This document shows positions 26,346 to 39,361 of a stretch of 64,000 nucleotides of DNA, in pieces; within the stretch, counting starts at the first letter, position 1, and each line of letters begins with the position of its first letter. The position numbers and the translations under genes were made by a program. This DNA is from Vicugna vicugna (taxonomy: Eukaryota), in contig MU058065.1 in NCBI GenBank assembly GCA_013265495.1, positions 1,524,364 to 1,588,363 of the forward strand, in the 5' to 3' direction. Below the pieces are notes generated by a model. That model saw only the letters and a list, made by a program, of their open reading frames with translations, was not told the origin of the DNA and ran no database searches.

Positions 26346-26551
26346 TCTGCTGCACTCTGCCGCCGCCTCTCCCTCCAGGCTGCCGTCGGGACGAGGATCT
26401 GGTTAGACTCGGACCATGTTGTTCAGTACATCTATTGTCAGTACCTCTATAAATAAATCCAAATATAAGGAGGGACCTCCGTAGTTTGGGTAGCCAGACT
26501 GCTCTGCCTTCTGTCTCCAGAAACAGGAAGAAGAGTCCTTGATGCCCCCTC

Positions 26552-27095
26552 TTTTTTTTTTTTATTGAAGTAGAGTTGATTTACAATGTTGTGTTAGTTT
26601 CTGGTGTACAGCATAGTGATTCAGTATACATATATATATATATTTTTTTTTTCATATCCTTTTTCATTTTAGGTTATTATAAGATTTTGAATATAGTTCC
26701 CTGAGCTGTACCATGGGACCTTGTTTGTTCATTTTATATATAGTAGTTTGCATCTGCTAATCCCAAACTCCTAACTTATCCCTGCCCTCCACCCCCCTTG
26801 GTAACCATAATTTGTTTTCTATGTCTGTGAGTCCATTTCTGTTTTGTAAGTAAGTTCATTTGTATTTTTTTTTTAGATTCCACCTATAAGTGATAATCAT
26901 GTGATATTTGTCTTTCTCTGTCTGATTTACTTCACTTAGTATGATAATCTCTAGGTCCATTCATGTTGCTGCAAATGGCAGTATTTCATTCTGTTTTATG
27001 ACTGAGTAGGATTCCACTGTGTATATACACCACATCTTCTTTCTCTAGTCAGCTGTCGATAGACACACAGGTTGCTTCCATGTCTTGGCTATTGC
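26552..27095 (-). mobile_element. 5'-truncated LINE-1 3' end with poly(A) and imperfect TSD
   Basis: Poly-T then TTATTGAAGTAGAGTTGATTTACAATG..., flanked by GATGCCCCCTCTTTT and GAGCCCCCCTTCTTT. Confidence 0.9.
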
Positions 27096-29899
27096 GAGCC
27101 CCCCTTCTTTACTTGTTTAGACTGACATCCGACTGATGGCTCTCAGGCTCACGCCCGCCTTCACCAGCCAAGGCCAGAATAAACGAGGGCGTTTCTCTGA
27201 GATGCTGACCCCTGTGTGACATATTGTGGAAGCATTTGCTCTTCTGCAGGGAGCTGTTGTCAGGTGCTCTATAGTTCTGTCTGCTGGGGTGGGGTTGGGG
27301 GGATGTTGGGGTCCATTGGGTACTTTCTCACGCCCGGTGCCTGCTTTCCTCAGGCTTGGAGCCCCCCTCCCCCCAAGGCTCTGTTGAGAACAGTGGCTCG
27401 TCCGTCCGCAGCCTCCTCCACGTTGTTGCTCATCCTTCATGTTTGGTTATTGATCAATGTGATCATATTCACCTTTCTTCTTTCAGAAAAACTTCCTAAA
27501 AACTCTCCTCTCATCTGCTCAAAGATCTCCCCCCACTTTCTCCCTGTAACTAATATATTCCCTTTTATATTGTTTTGTTGTCATTTCACTTGGACTTTGG
27601 GAAGGAGGGAAAGAAACACATGTACGTACTGTTTCTCAATTACCATATTTTCATCCGAGCTTGTGTTTGTTTTATAAGGCAACATACTGTTACCAGCAGC
27701 AGCTTTCAGATGCTTGAAGGCCAAATTAATGATTCATTTTATTAATACTTCAAAGACAATAGCAGACACCTGTGGGGAGTTTATTCTTCCTCTTTTAAGA
27801 TTTTCTGGGTATCAGCCTATTTGACAAATACAGGGGGGAAAGGGGCCTTATCTCCTCCTCAATCGCACCGCATCCCCACATCAATTTACTATTTCAAACT
27901 TAGAGCTCAGAACTGGTCCCTGTCTTGCCTCTGCTGCATGTTTGAAATTTCTCATAAGAAAACGTTGGATTGCATGTCCAGCTGTTACTCTCCAGTGTTC
28001 ATCCTTTCAGTCTGCTGTCCATTCGGCGGCTGTGGCACTGAATTCCCAGGAAACTAATAATTCTTGGAGATTCCCTTGATGATGGAAGTTGAAAGAGAAG
28101 AGAGAGAGAGAAAACGCGGGGAGTCCCTCAGCAGCCCATCAGTAATAGGGATGAATTCCTTAGAGGCAGAACGGGGAATCGATGAATACAGGCCTCTAAT
28201 AGCTAGAAAGCGCATCATTTGTTTCCCCAAAGACTGTGGCATCTGCCAAAACATCTGACTCCAGAAGGCACCCCAGAGGTTTAGCCAGATTTAGCGAGAG
28301 GTGGCTAGCAAGGAGTCTGGGATGCAAGCTGCCTCTTCCCTGCCAAGCCCCTGGGGTATGACTGAAGGTCATCCCCCTCCTGCTGCCGACTGGAGCTGGT
28401 GGAATGTTTAAGCGTCCCCAGTCAGAGTCTTGCTGCATTCAAGCCATTCAGTCATAAGCAGATGAACCCAAGGGACTGATTGGAGCATCCTAGGTCATGC
28501 AGTATGGGAGTGGGTGGGCGGTGGAGGACCCTGACCATCTGGGGAGCCCCAAGGAGCGATCATATTTGAAAAGGCACATACATAATCATGGAAGCCCACT
28601 CTGTGCTTTGTCTCTGGTGGACACCATTTATATAGATATTCAATACACAAGCCAGACAGGCTAAATCGTAGCCTCTCTTCAGTAAATGCTCCAGTTGTTT
28701 GGAGTAAAAAATGGTTTAGATTAGCAGCCGGGCACTCTGACAAAGGTCCGGAGGGAGTTAAGGGACTTGCCAGCACCATTAGCATTTTTCTCTTCTTCGT
28801 CCAGCCGCGGTAAAATATGTTTGTTCAAAACAGAGGGAGAAGAAAAACTACTGGCAGCCAGTACCTCTTAAAAGGAAAAAAAAAAGTTTTGCTTCTCTAG
28901 TAAACATAGCAATTAAAATGAGGCTGTGTTGTGACAGATTACTGAGCAATTAATGCCTAACTGAGCATTCTGCTAGATGCTTCTGTGAAAGCCACTTTAC
29001 TGGGGTCGGAGCGGCCACACCTTAGAGCAAAACAACGCTCCAAACTTCCTGCAGCACGCTGCACTCCCAGGAGCCCAGAAACCAAAGAAAACATTTTTAC
29101 TTTGACTCTCCGAGAGTTAACACTGGAAGGATTAGCTTGACAGAAAGATCTCGACATTGAACATCCTACTGGGGATTTCATACTTTCCTCATTTGTAAGC
29201 AAAATCTATTTTCCACGAGATATTTTTAGTGCAAGCATCCCCTGCTGTCCTATTCTCTTACAGTATACCATTAGATCTTGAGGCCATTCCAAACAGGTCA
29301 CGTGACTTCTAAGCATCTCTCCGGTTCCCTCCTAAGTGACTAGTCTCGCAGGAGTCAGGGAACACTAGGCTCTTAACTACCGAGGACCTCAAAGTCCTTC
29401 CTGAAGCCTTGAATCCTTACTGATAGGCTGTGAAACTGCTTTACAGCCGCTTTCTCTAAGAGATCAGCTTGGCGGAGCTCGCTTACTGACCTCAGTAATA
29501 GAGATATTTTCAGCCCTGCAAGCCGCCTGTGTAAATATAAAAATGTATTAGGCTGCAAAACTGCATGTGTGGGAACAGAACAACCCTGCTATTGAAAGGA
29601 AATCACAGGGGGAGCACTGGTGTCGCTCACATGGGTTTGGTTAACGCGTGCATACTTTTGATAAATTGTTTTGATTCAGCGACTCCACGTTTCGGATGAG
29701 CCAGTTTGATTGCTGGAACTTATGAGCTGTGAAAAGTAAAACCCCAGTCATTTCGGTGGCTAGCAAAATTTCCTTCAGAAAGTGTTTATGTCTTTTTAAA
29801 AAAATCAATAATTTTCACTCTTTCTATGACACTCATTTGCCTTGGAAAAAATATTAGGGTGAAGTCAGTTTCTAAGTGGTTTAATGTATAAAAGAGTTA

Positions 29900-30247
29900 T
29901 TTATTTGAGTGTCTGAGGGGGAAAGATACATTTATTCCAACCTCTGAAACCAGAATTGAAGAGAGTCATTGTCATGAACAGGAAACATGCTCTCGCAATG
30001 AACTGAGAAATGCTCTCTGGGCGAAATGCTCTCCTGTTCCTGAGTGTGTTCAGTTTCAGTGGATCAGATCTTTCCCATCTCTGCATCCAAGCTATTTGGC
30101 GGCGATCAGATGATCAGAGCTCAAGGAAGTGATTGGAGAGCGAGCTGGCTGCAGCTGCAATGTAGGCTGTTTTCAGGGACAAGGAGCCACTGTTTTTCAA
30201 ACATAGCATCAACATAGAAGTTATTTCGTAGGCTCCAGGATGCAGCG
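29900..30247 (+). promoter_or_regulatory. Putative promoter/5'UTR of the MGC first exon
   Basis: Repeat-free sequence directly upstream of ATG 30248, with an ETS core AGGAAGTG (30124-30131) abutting an inverted CCAAT (ATTGG 30132-30136). The TSS cannot be determined. Confidence 0.45.
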
Positions 30248-30409
30248 ATGGGCTGCACTGCCAGCATTGTTCTGCTTCAAGCTTTTCGTTCTGTGGTCCA
30301 GAGGAGCTGTCCACACATTTGTAGACGACGCCAGGAGGAACCATCCCATGAAATTTTGCCTCTGGAAAGTGACGATGAAATGAGTAGACCCAGAACCCTC
30401 ATCGTAATG
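30248..30409 (+). CDS. DOCK10: Candidate additional alternative first coding exon of DOCK10, 54 aa: MGCTASIVLLQAFRSVVQRSCPHICRRRQEEPSHEILPLESDDEMSRPRTLIVM
   Basis: Strong Kozak (gcagcgATGG), open non-repetitive frame and donor ATG|GTATGC at 30410 in phase 0, the same phase as exon 1.2. Carries an MGCxxS acylation motif and resembles recalled MGCTTS-type N-termini of predicted DOCK9/DOCK11 isoforms. Confidence 0.8.
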
Positions 30410-32284
30410 GTATGCTGTCTGTGGCAAAAACAGCCTCCGTTGATTGCACTGTTATTATAGAAATGAGGTTGCAATTTGGGGTTTGGGTTTTCAGCTTTAG
30501 GTAAAGCAATGTGTGACCTAGTGTTTACTACTGTGCTTTACTGTTTGGGGAGAATCTTTCAAAACTATTTCATGTATCATTCAAAGAGCTAGTTTTCTTT
30601 CTCTTAGGCCTCTCATGAAAATGTGCAGTTTATCGGTCTGTTGGAAATGCTTTGCTACCTAACATTTTGTATGCTGATATTAACTTTTTGTGAAGAAACA
30701 TAGAGCAAATTGGGAAGTTTGGCTTAATTAAGTGGATTGGATTTTATAACTCTAATTTGAAGCTAGAGCCCAAATAGCTATTTTTGTATCACATGTAACC
30801 AATCAAGTTGTGTTGATGTTGGTGGTTAGATCTTTAACTTCAGAATATTTGAGGCTTCTATTTCTGACTGCAGCGGAAATGCCTTTCCAAAATGCTTAAC
30901 TTAGGCATAAAATCAGAATAAAGTTTTTGAGAATATTGTGGAATGCGTGGTGTTTTAATTAGCGAGCTGTTTCTTGCCACTTGTCAAAGTACATTTTTGT
31001 CTGTGCTTTAATTATAATAGACAGTGTTACTCCTTCTTTGCATATCTGTTTGATCAGCAAGAAGGCGGCAGAGGGTAGAATCTTTCCTTACTTTAGGTTC
31101 CAGGAGAGATCTGCTTAGTCACTGAAATCTCATATTGGGGTGGAGGTGGTGTGTAAAGTTTCCAAAACCAGGGAGGCACTGAAGTTTGCGTGGTTTCAGC
31201 AAAATCGACTTTTTTTCTCTTAGATTTCAGTGTTCAGTTATTGAGGATGTAGTAAATAATGAATGATAAATACCTGTTACACTGAAAGTTTTTAAATGAA
31301 AGTCATTTGGCTTGGGCTGTGCCTCTGAGTGACAGAACACGACGCTGTAACGTTCTACACCAGCTTCTCTAACACGTCACTATTTGATTTTCAGAAGCCG
31401 ATACTGTTTTTCAACTATTGGGCTATGATCATCTCTAAGAGGAAACAGTAGGAATAATTTCTACTCATTACTCCCATAAATTTTCGCAAATTAAATTTAA
31501 AAGGATTTTGAGACATTGGTGACTAAGTGTGTAACTCTGGTTAATAACAGTAACACATTCTGTAGCTATGTGTATCACTTGTGCCACCTCAGTCATTAAA
31601 ACAGTCATGTTTTTCTAATTTTACTAACTAAATTTTGCAGCTAGAAATTTGCAAAAAAAGTATTTCAAAGTAGCTGAGACATAAAAATAATAATTCACTT
31701 AATAACAATACCCTGTTTTTTCAAAGATCCTTTTAATTCATTTGATACCTTTACTGACATTAAATGAGGCGATGATGAATTTACTGAAGAGGAAAACAGG
31801 GTTCGGAAAGATCAAATACCTGGTTCCCATCACACAGCTGCTAAATGCCAGAGCCTCAGATCTCCTGTAGATCAACAATTCCAAAAGCCAATATACTCTG
31901 TTTTTCACTCTGTTTATATTTCTAAAGAAATAATGATAAACCTGATAAAACTGAATTTTTATAAGACATCTAATAGAAATCTTGGACCACTCAGAGCAAA
32001 TTACGCTCAGACAAAGTTATCATGCATCTTGAAAGTTTCTTCTGGGCCACTTGAAATTTCACATATTCCACAACTATTTATTGATGACCCATTAGGGGGA
32101 CCAAGTACTGTTCTAGGTACCTGGAATCCATCAATGAATGAACCCATCAAAGATCCCTGCCCTACATCGCAAAGTTTCACGGTCATAGTGTATTTTGCAA
32201 ATCTTGTTATGGAAATACTGCATTAGTGTGCTGATGCTTTGTGTACAAATTTAAGTCAATGAAAGTATTCCCTATTTTCCAAGA

Positions 32285-32481
32285 CAGTGGTTTGAAAACT
32301 GTAATGTGTTTGAGAATCACCTAGGAGTTCTTAACAATACAAATCCTTGGGCTCCTGGCCCCAGTGCCTCTACATCAGAAGGTCTAAAGTGGCACCCAGG
32401 AATCTGCACTGGTAGCAAGCACCCCCCAGTGATTCTGATGCGGGAGCACCGTGGATGACACTCTGAGAAACATCACTCTGG
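32285..32481. mobile_element. MER5A-like hAT DNA transposon
   Basis: CAGTGGTTT...GAATCACCT...CCAGGAATCTGCA...GTGATTCTGATGC...CACTCTGAGAAAC with degenerate TIRs. Confidence 0.8.
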
Positions 32482-32664
32482 AAACTGATCACCTAAACCC
32501 TTCACCTCTCACCCTCCTTTAACCTCATCTTCTCACTCTGGCTATAAGCTTCTGAACACACTGATTTTTTTATCCTCTTACTTTCCCATCAATCATTAGT
32601 CACCAAGTTTTGTATACTGATTGTGTGTGTGTGTATGTATGTATGTGTGTGTGTGTTTCTAAGA

Positions 32665-33890
32665 TCACAGACTCTTGAGCCAAGCTGGAGTCCTGACTTC
32701 ACCCCGTATCGGCTGTGTGACCTTCTGCATGCTGTTTAACAACTCTGTGCCTCTCTTCCTCATCTGTAGGAGAGGTAACACTTCCCGCAACCCAGAGCTG
32801 TTACGAGGGTTTAATGAGATAAAGAATGTGTAAGTGCTTGGAATCATGTCGAGGCATATTGGAAAGATTGTCAATAGGAAGGATCGGGGACATCCTAACT
32901 GAAAAAGTGACATATGAGGAAGAGACTCGAGGGAGATGAGGGCATGAGTGAGTCAAGCCACTCTCTGTGGGGAAAGATCTCAGGCAGAGGGACCAGCCAG
33001 GGTGGAAATCCATGATATGGGAAGAAGCGTGGGGTGTTTGCAGACCAGTGAGGAAGCCAGTGTGGCTGAGTGAGCTGAGGAGGAGGTAACGGAGGGAGAT
33101 GTCATGGAGGTAACAGGGGAGAGATCAGGGAGGCTTGGCAGGCTTGGCCTTCTTCCCAAGTGAGAAGGGAAAGTGTCGGCGGGAAAAGACACAGAAGCTG
33201 AGAGCACAGGCAGCAGAGTGTCAAGGCTGATCCTGTGCATGCTGCTCACCAGCTGTGTGATCATGACTTGTCCTCGCCGATGAAACAGAGTCACGGCGCC
33301 TGCCCTGCAAGGTTATTGTGAGGATTCAGTCAATACTTGCAAAGAGCTTAGAACAGTACCTGGTGGGGAGTAAGTGCTGTGTTAACTCTGGGCTTGTTGA
33401 TCTGGGTGGCCTGGAGCAGGGGAGTGACAGGAAGTACGGCTGCAGAGGGTTGAAGCCGGAGACCATTAATCGGGAAGCTATTGCCATGAGCCCAGCAAGA
33501 GACCTGGATGCGCGTTGTTGAAGCTGGGAGGAGTGGTTGGATTCACATAGATTTTAAAAGTAGGACCCATAGGATTTGCTTACAAATTAAATATAAAGAC
33601 TGAGAGGAAGAGGGGGATGAGGAATGAATGTATGATATTTTGGGTTTTTTGTTTGTTTGTTTGGTTGGTTGGTTGGTTGGTTTTTGGCTTGAATAACCAG
33701 AGGACTGGGTTGCCATTCAGAAGGGAAGACTGCAAGAGATTTGGCAAGTGAATCTAAGTTCACTGTAAGACACGTTAAGCTTGAAATACCTATTAGGTCT
33801 ACACGTGGAGATCTTAAATAGGAAATTGGATATATAGGTCTGAGTTCCAAGGAACAGTCTGCAGAAGAGATATAATGCCTGGCACAGTAT
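32665..33890. mobile_element. Interleaved MIR (+; 32665-32880 and 33195-33385) and L2 (-) fragments with a (GTTT/GGTT)n tract
   Basis: Two MIR core/tail segments flanked by purine-rich L2-like sequence (AATACCTATTAGGTCTACACGTGGAGAT...TTGGATATATAGGTCTG). Confidence 0.65.
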
Positions 33891-35299
33891 AAATACCAAT
33901 TAAGTGACTGACAAATGAATAAATGATCTCTCATCTAATTTCCTATAATATTTACAGTGTGTCAGTCCATTTGTAGTTAATCATATCTTTATCTATTTCA
34001 TTGAACTTCTAATTGCTTATTTACTTTATTGTTCATACATTTTCCTTTTCATACATTTTTCTTATCTCACTGGTAGATGAAAAACCCCACGTAGGCAGAA
34101 ACTAAGCCCGTTTTATGCCCCATTGGTGCCCAGCACAATTACTTTTATGGACTAAAAGCTGAGTATCACTGATGATTTGAAATTTTGAAGCAATTGTCAC
34201 TGATGTGAAAAACTCCGTCGATAAGGCTGCCTTTTTAATTCAGTTCCTTGTGAACTGAAATGTCCAGGCGTAAGTTAAGAATGGAGAAAGCTGCTACAAT
34301 AAGTACGAGGGTTTGAATGTTGATATTCTTTAAAAGGCTTTGACACTCAAGACCTCATTATGCCCAAGACTCTCATCGCGGTGGTCCAGTTCTGAGTCGT
34401 CACGCAGAGATCAGCTTTGGGCTGGTATTCACTATAGTTTGGCTGCTTAGTCCAAAGTGGAGAGGCGTGGTAAACATCAAAATAAATCATTGTAAGGCCC
34501 TTGGCCTTTATAAGGGACATAAGAATCCTAACATCTGAGACTATTATAATGGCCTATTGCAATGTAATCAAGTTTACCAGGGAAAAAAAGAAGAAATTCC
34601 TTCAAAGTTCTAATTTATCTGCCACTCAGAAATGTTTGCTCTGATGGGAGAATTAACAGAAACCTTTTTATGAATTCTTTTTTCTTACATCTTTTATAGC
34701 ATATTTTGTTGAAGGCCTCAGACAGGGGTTAATGTAGGTCTGCGGTTTTCTGGGGAATGTCTATACTTCTGATGTTCATTTACTAATCGCCAACCCTGGA
34801 AGTTGGCTTCCGTTTTAAGGCCTATTTCCTCTTCCCTCCAAAAAAAAGAGTATTTCTCCTTTTGCACGATGGGGTAGAGATGAAACAAGATGATGTCAAG
34901 AAACAAGTGCTAGTCAGACGGCTTCTCTCTCTCTCCCTATATGACCAACTCCCACGCATGATGCAAGGGTCTCAACTCAAATGCAAAACGTTTTTATATC
35001 TACGAGCATTCTGGGGTGTCTCTGAAACAGTAGAAACCATAAAGTTTAAATGTGCGATTGCCAAGGATCTGGTGTCTATAGCATCCCAAACGTGGTTTTG
35101 TCTTTAATTTTGGTTGAAGACAGAGGAAAATAAAATAGCCTAACTTGTGGTGAGTTGGCGAGGTGAACTCTCCCCTGTGAGTCAAGGATGTGCACTTACA
35201 GGATGAGCATTTCCTAGCCCGGGAACTTCAGTTGCTGCCCGGAGCCCTGCATGACAGGTCACACTCTTTGGTGGTTTTCAGGTCTGGGGCTCTGATGAA

Positions 35300-35493
35300 C
35301 CGTGTGCCAGTCCCGCCCTCAGTCTGTTTTCGTATGCCCTGTGAGCTCACGGTGGTTTACACAATTTTAAAGTTTTGTAAAACAAAACAAAAAAGGAATA
35401 AAAAGAAGGCTATACAACAGAGACCATATATGGCCCACAAAGGCTAAAATATTTACAGTCTGGCCCTTTATAGGAAAAGTTTGCCCACCCTGT
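35300..35493. mobile_element. MER58-like hAT DNA transposon
   Basis: TGGCCCACAAAGGCTAAAATATTTACAGTCTGGCCCTTTATAGGAAAAGTTTGCCCACCCTG terminus. Confidence 0.8.
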
Positions 35494-35654
35494 TCTGGTC
35501 AATGATGTGGGTTCAATCAGCAAGGGATTTTTTTTTTTAACTTTGATTTTTAGTGTTTTTGCTTTATGTCTAACTAGATACAAAAGAACTTGGGTTTTTC
35601 CTGGGGGCCTTTTGTTTATCTGAAGGTCAGAGAACTGTTGCGATTCAATGATGA

Positions 35655-35830
35655 ATTTTAGATTTGGAGTCAGAAGGCGCAGTGTCAGAGTCTCAAGCCT
35701 GCCACTTAAAAGCCCGTGTGACCCAGACACGTTGCTTCGTTTGTCCGGGTTTGTTAAATGGGGACTGCTGTCTGTGCTGCCTGTTGGAAGCACCAGAATG
35801 TTTATATTTATGAAATCACTTTGTAAATGA
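35655..35830 (+). mobile_element. MIR SINE
   Basis: TTTGGAGTCAGA...CTGCCACTTA...GTGTGACC...GTTAAATGGGGA. Confidence 0.6.
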
Positions 35831-37919
35831 GTGAGCGTTTTGCAGGGGCGAAGTCTTGCAGGGAGGGGGCTGACGTATCTGCTGTAGGTCACTGTGCCGA
35901 TGAGAGCTCAACATCCACTGGGTGACTCGTCCGTGATATCAGGAGATTACACTAGGGTTTTATGGTATTTGTTCCATATCTACCCCAAATGGGTGGTACA
36001 GTGAGCGTGGCCAGAAGAGAGGGTCCACGAGGGTGTTGTCCAGTTTCTGCTTGATTAGCTTTTTGACTTTCAACAGATCTCCACATTTGTGTCCCCTCCT
36101 GTTGAATAGGCATAATAATTCTTCCTTCCCGGTCAAGTTCTCTGAGAACCTGGAATCAGGAAGGAAGCTAAATGAAGGAAATGAGTTATTTATGAAAACA
36201 ATAATGCCGTATCTTTGGAGCATACATTTGTTTACATTTATGTCCTACAAATAAGATCAGGACCAGAGAGAAATATACTGTGGGAACCACTTCAAAGGAA
36301 ATAAAATGATCTCTCATCTTACTCTACAGTAAATATTATAATTTAATACAACTTTATTACCAAAGGGATTTTCAACATGTCTTGCCCAGTTTCAGCTTTA
36401 TACATGTGGAGGAAATGACTTCCAAACATTCTAAATCCTGAGTTAATGCTCTTATTTCGTTTCAGTGAGGTTGAATTTTGAAGATGCTGATGTAAGATTC
36501 CCCTGGGAAGGGAAGCTTGTGTAATGGAGTGTGATTTAAAATGGTTTGCCATAGATGGGTGTAATGTGGAGCTTAAAAGCACAGGGAATCTTTGGCAGTG
36601 ATGTTTTTCCTTGTGAACTGAATTTGAGCTGAATCCCAAAGCCACAGAAAATGGACAAATGAATTGAATGGCTTCTCCATGGGTAGGAGAATTAATTGAA
36701 TGTAATCAAGGCTTAGTAATTAGCAACACAAATCTTTGAAGCAAAGGCTTACTAAATTCAGACTTACATCTGGTATCATCTTGTCCAGATAATCGTGCAT
36801 CTTTCTGGTCCTCCAACAAGGAACAGAGGAAAAATACACAAAATCTAAAATGTTTTAAATTTGAAACCACCACAGTGCTAAAGAAAAGCAGAAAATCAGG
36901 GGTACAGGAGTATCCAGAAGCTTACACCAAAAATGATTAGCAAATTCAACTATAGATAGATATAAATAGATATTTATATCATATATATATGATAAAATAT
37001 ATAGAAGATTATGCTCTTAATAGGTATAACTGTTTTGGGGGAGGCCATACTGTGAAGATTAGAAAAAAAATTATTACAAATAGAAATACATAGTTATATG
37101 GCTAGAAAAAGTGAAGGCTCAACAAATAAGTGGTAACAAAAAGTACCTTAACTTTTTTAAATGATCAATTAAAGAAAAAGCCTGGTTATGCTTGGTTTTG
37201 TTTTGTTTTGTGTCTTTGCTTTCTAGAAGAGTAGATTTAAGGCTTATCCGCAAGTTCCAGGCTTCATTTCAACGAAATCTTGTGTAATCCATGCTATGCA
37301 GCTGTAGATGAAATTCATCTTTTAGCAAAACGAATATGAACAGAGTATTTTTGTCATGCTTCAACAAACTTCTTCTGGATAGTTGTTTTATTCTCTCATA
37401 TTTTCTTTTCATGGAGCTGATGGACTTTAGGGGCTAAAGTTTAGGATTTTTGAAATTAATTTCCTGTAATCTACTTTATTTTGCTGGAATGCATTCTCTT
37501 CCTTAAGAGCGTGTCCAGCAAGTTCAGTATGTGTCAAATGAATTTGGATTGTTAATTATCTAAACATTGGAAATTCAGGAGACCACAGAGAGTGAACTGC
37601 ACCTTGTCTTTGACAGGCACAGATGGCAATAGACAGCCACTGCCTTGGTCTCACGGAGCTTAAAGTTGGGTGGCAGAGACAGAAAGGACTCCAAGCAGTG
37701 TAAAATTGTAATCATAAGTGCTTCAAATGAGAGTTAGTTACATTCTACTTTAAAACTTAATCCTTTGGGCATCCAACCTCATCCACGCAGCCAAAAAAAG
37801 CTTCCTCGAAGAAAGTGCCAATGAAGCTGAGACCTGGAGAGTGAGGAGATGCTAAGGAGAGAGAGGAGATGCCATGTGCCAGTTCTAACTTTTGTTGCAG
37901 TGAATTAAGAACCTTTAGT

Positions 37920-38205
37920 TCACAGCCTTATTCTATCTTCAAAGCCAGCAGCATAGTATCATCAAACATCTCCGACTCTGATCCCTGACATTCCTACCTC
38001 CTCTTTCACTTACAGAGGACCCTGGTGATTATATTGGCTCCACCTGGACAATCCAGGTTACTTTCCCCTTGTCAAAGTCGACTGATTAGCAACCTTAGTT
38101 TCATCCGTAGCCTTACCTCCCCACTTGCCATGTAAACAACATATTCATAGGTTCTGGGGCTTGGGATGTGGACATCTTTTGGAGGCTATTACCTGCCTAC
38201 TATAT
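37920..38205 (-). mobile_element. MaLR (MLT1-family) LTR fragment
   Basis: CATATTCATAGGTTCTGGGGCTTGGGATGTGGACATCTTT...CTGCCTACTA terminus. Confidence 0.75.
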
Positions 38206-39361
38206 TATGTCATAGAGTTATTTTAAGAATTCAATGAGTGGATACAAGCAAAGGACCTATAATGTACCCAGAGCTTGGAAAGAACTAAGTTTTAGCTATT
38301 ATGATTGCTTCCATTGTTTTGTTGGAACTAAGAGAAAGCTCACAAATTTAATACACTTTGAAGAGTTATTTTAGGAAAAAGAATTGAACGGCTACAAGGA
38401 AATTTAATTTGTGCTTCACAGAATGTGGGAAAATGGAAATTCAAGGTTAGCTGATTTACAGGAGCACTGTTAACACTTACCAAATAGATTATTTAAAGAA
38501 CACCTACGTTTGTTAGAGATTCTTTTCTGTGCTATCCATCAATTGACACTTTTCTGAAATTTAACTTTTAGTTTCTTTTTGTTTTCCTTTTATCATTTAT
38601 AAAGGGACATTGTATCATTTGAGTTCTCCATCCACTGGAAAGTTAAAAATGATAAGGAATAAAGAAAAAACATATAAAATCTTAGAAGAACTATTTAGGA
38701 TTTAAAATCACCACAGTAATCATGAAAAGTAGAAAATCAGGTGAGAGAGGGAATTAAAAAAAGACAATACATCTTAAGTTCAGTAGGGACAATTGAAGTT
38801 ATTAGCTTAGAGATGAATAATAGACTATATCTTGTCATTTTAAAGTGATTTCATTGTTTTCTGATGTGAGTAGGTTTTTAAAATTATAGATCGATAACCA
38901 TTAAGAAACTTAAGAATTCAAAATTATGGCCTCTAGATTCTTCTACAAAATGATAATGAAAAGCTTGATGAATGAATGAATGTAAGCCATATCTTACAGG
39001 TCATAAAAGTAGGAGTCTGTGAGGTGAAAAGAAAATAGGGGTTCATTTGGTAAATTGTCAGTGTCCCTGCCATTCCTTGGTCCCTCTGTGTTATCAGTGG
39101 TCTTCTTGGCTTTAGTGCACTTTATGAGAGCAGACTGAATATCCCACAGAATGTCTTCAAATTCTGCTTTATGAGTCAGATAATGTAAAGATGGAAATCG
39201 TGTCCACAAAATAATAGCTCTTTAGTGAATACTTTCAGCTATTTGTCAAGCACTTTGCTAAGAACTTTACAATTATGTTCTCCTGTTGCCACAACAACCA
39301 CTGGAGGAAATTATTTTTATTTCCATATCACTGAGGGAAAAATTAAAGCATTTAAGAATAC

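Noticed and set aside
28064..28258. Charged ORF MEIPLMMEVEREERERK...
   Set aside because: It is driven by a GA-rich tract, with no convincing donor or homology.
30248..30460. Full 70-aa ORF as a standalone protein, or as PFKFB-like (…TLIVM…) sequence
   Set aside because: A phase-0 donor follows codon 54, and the PFKFB P-loop (GLPARGKT) does not follow. An exon interpretation fits better.
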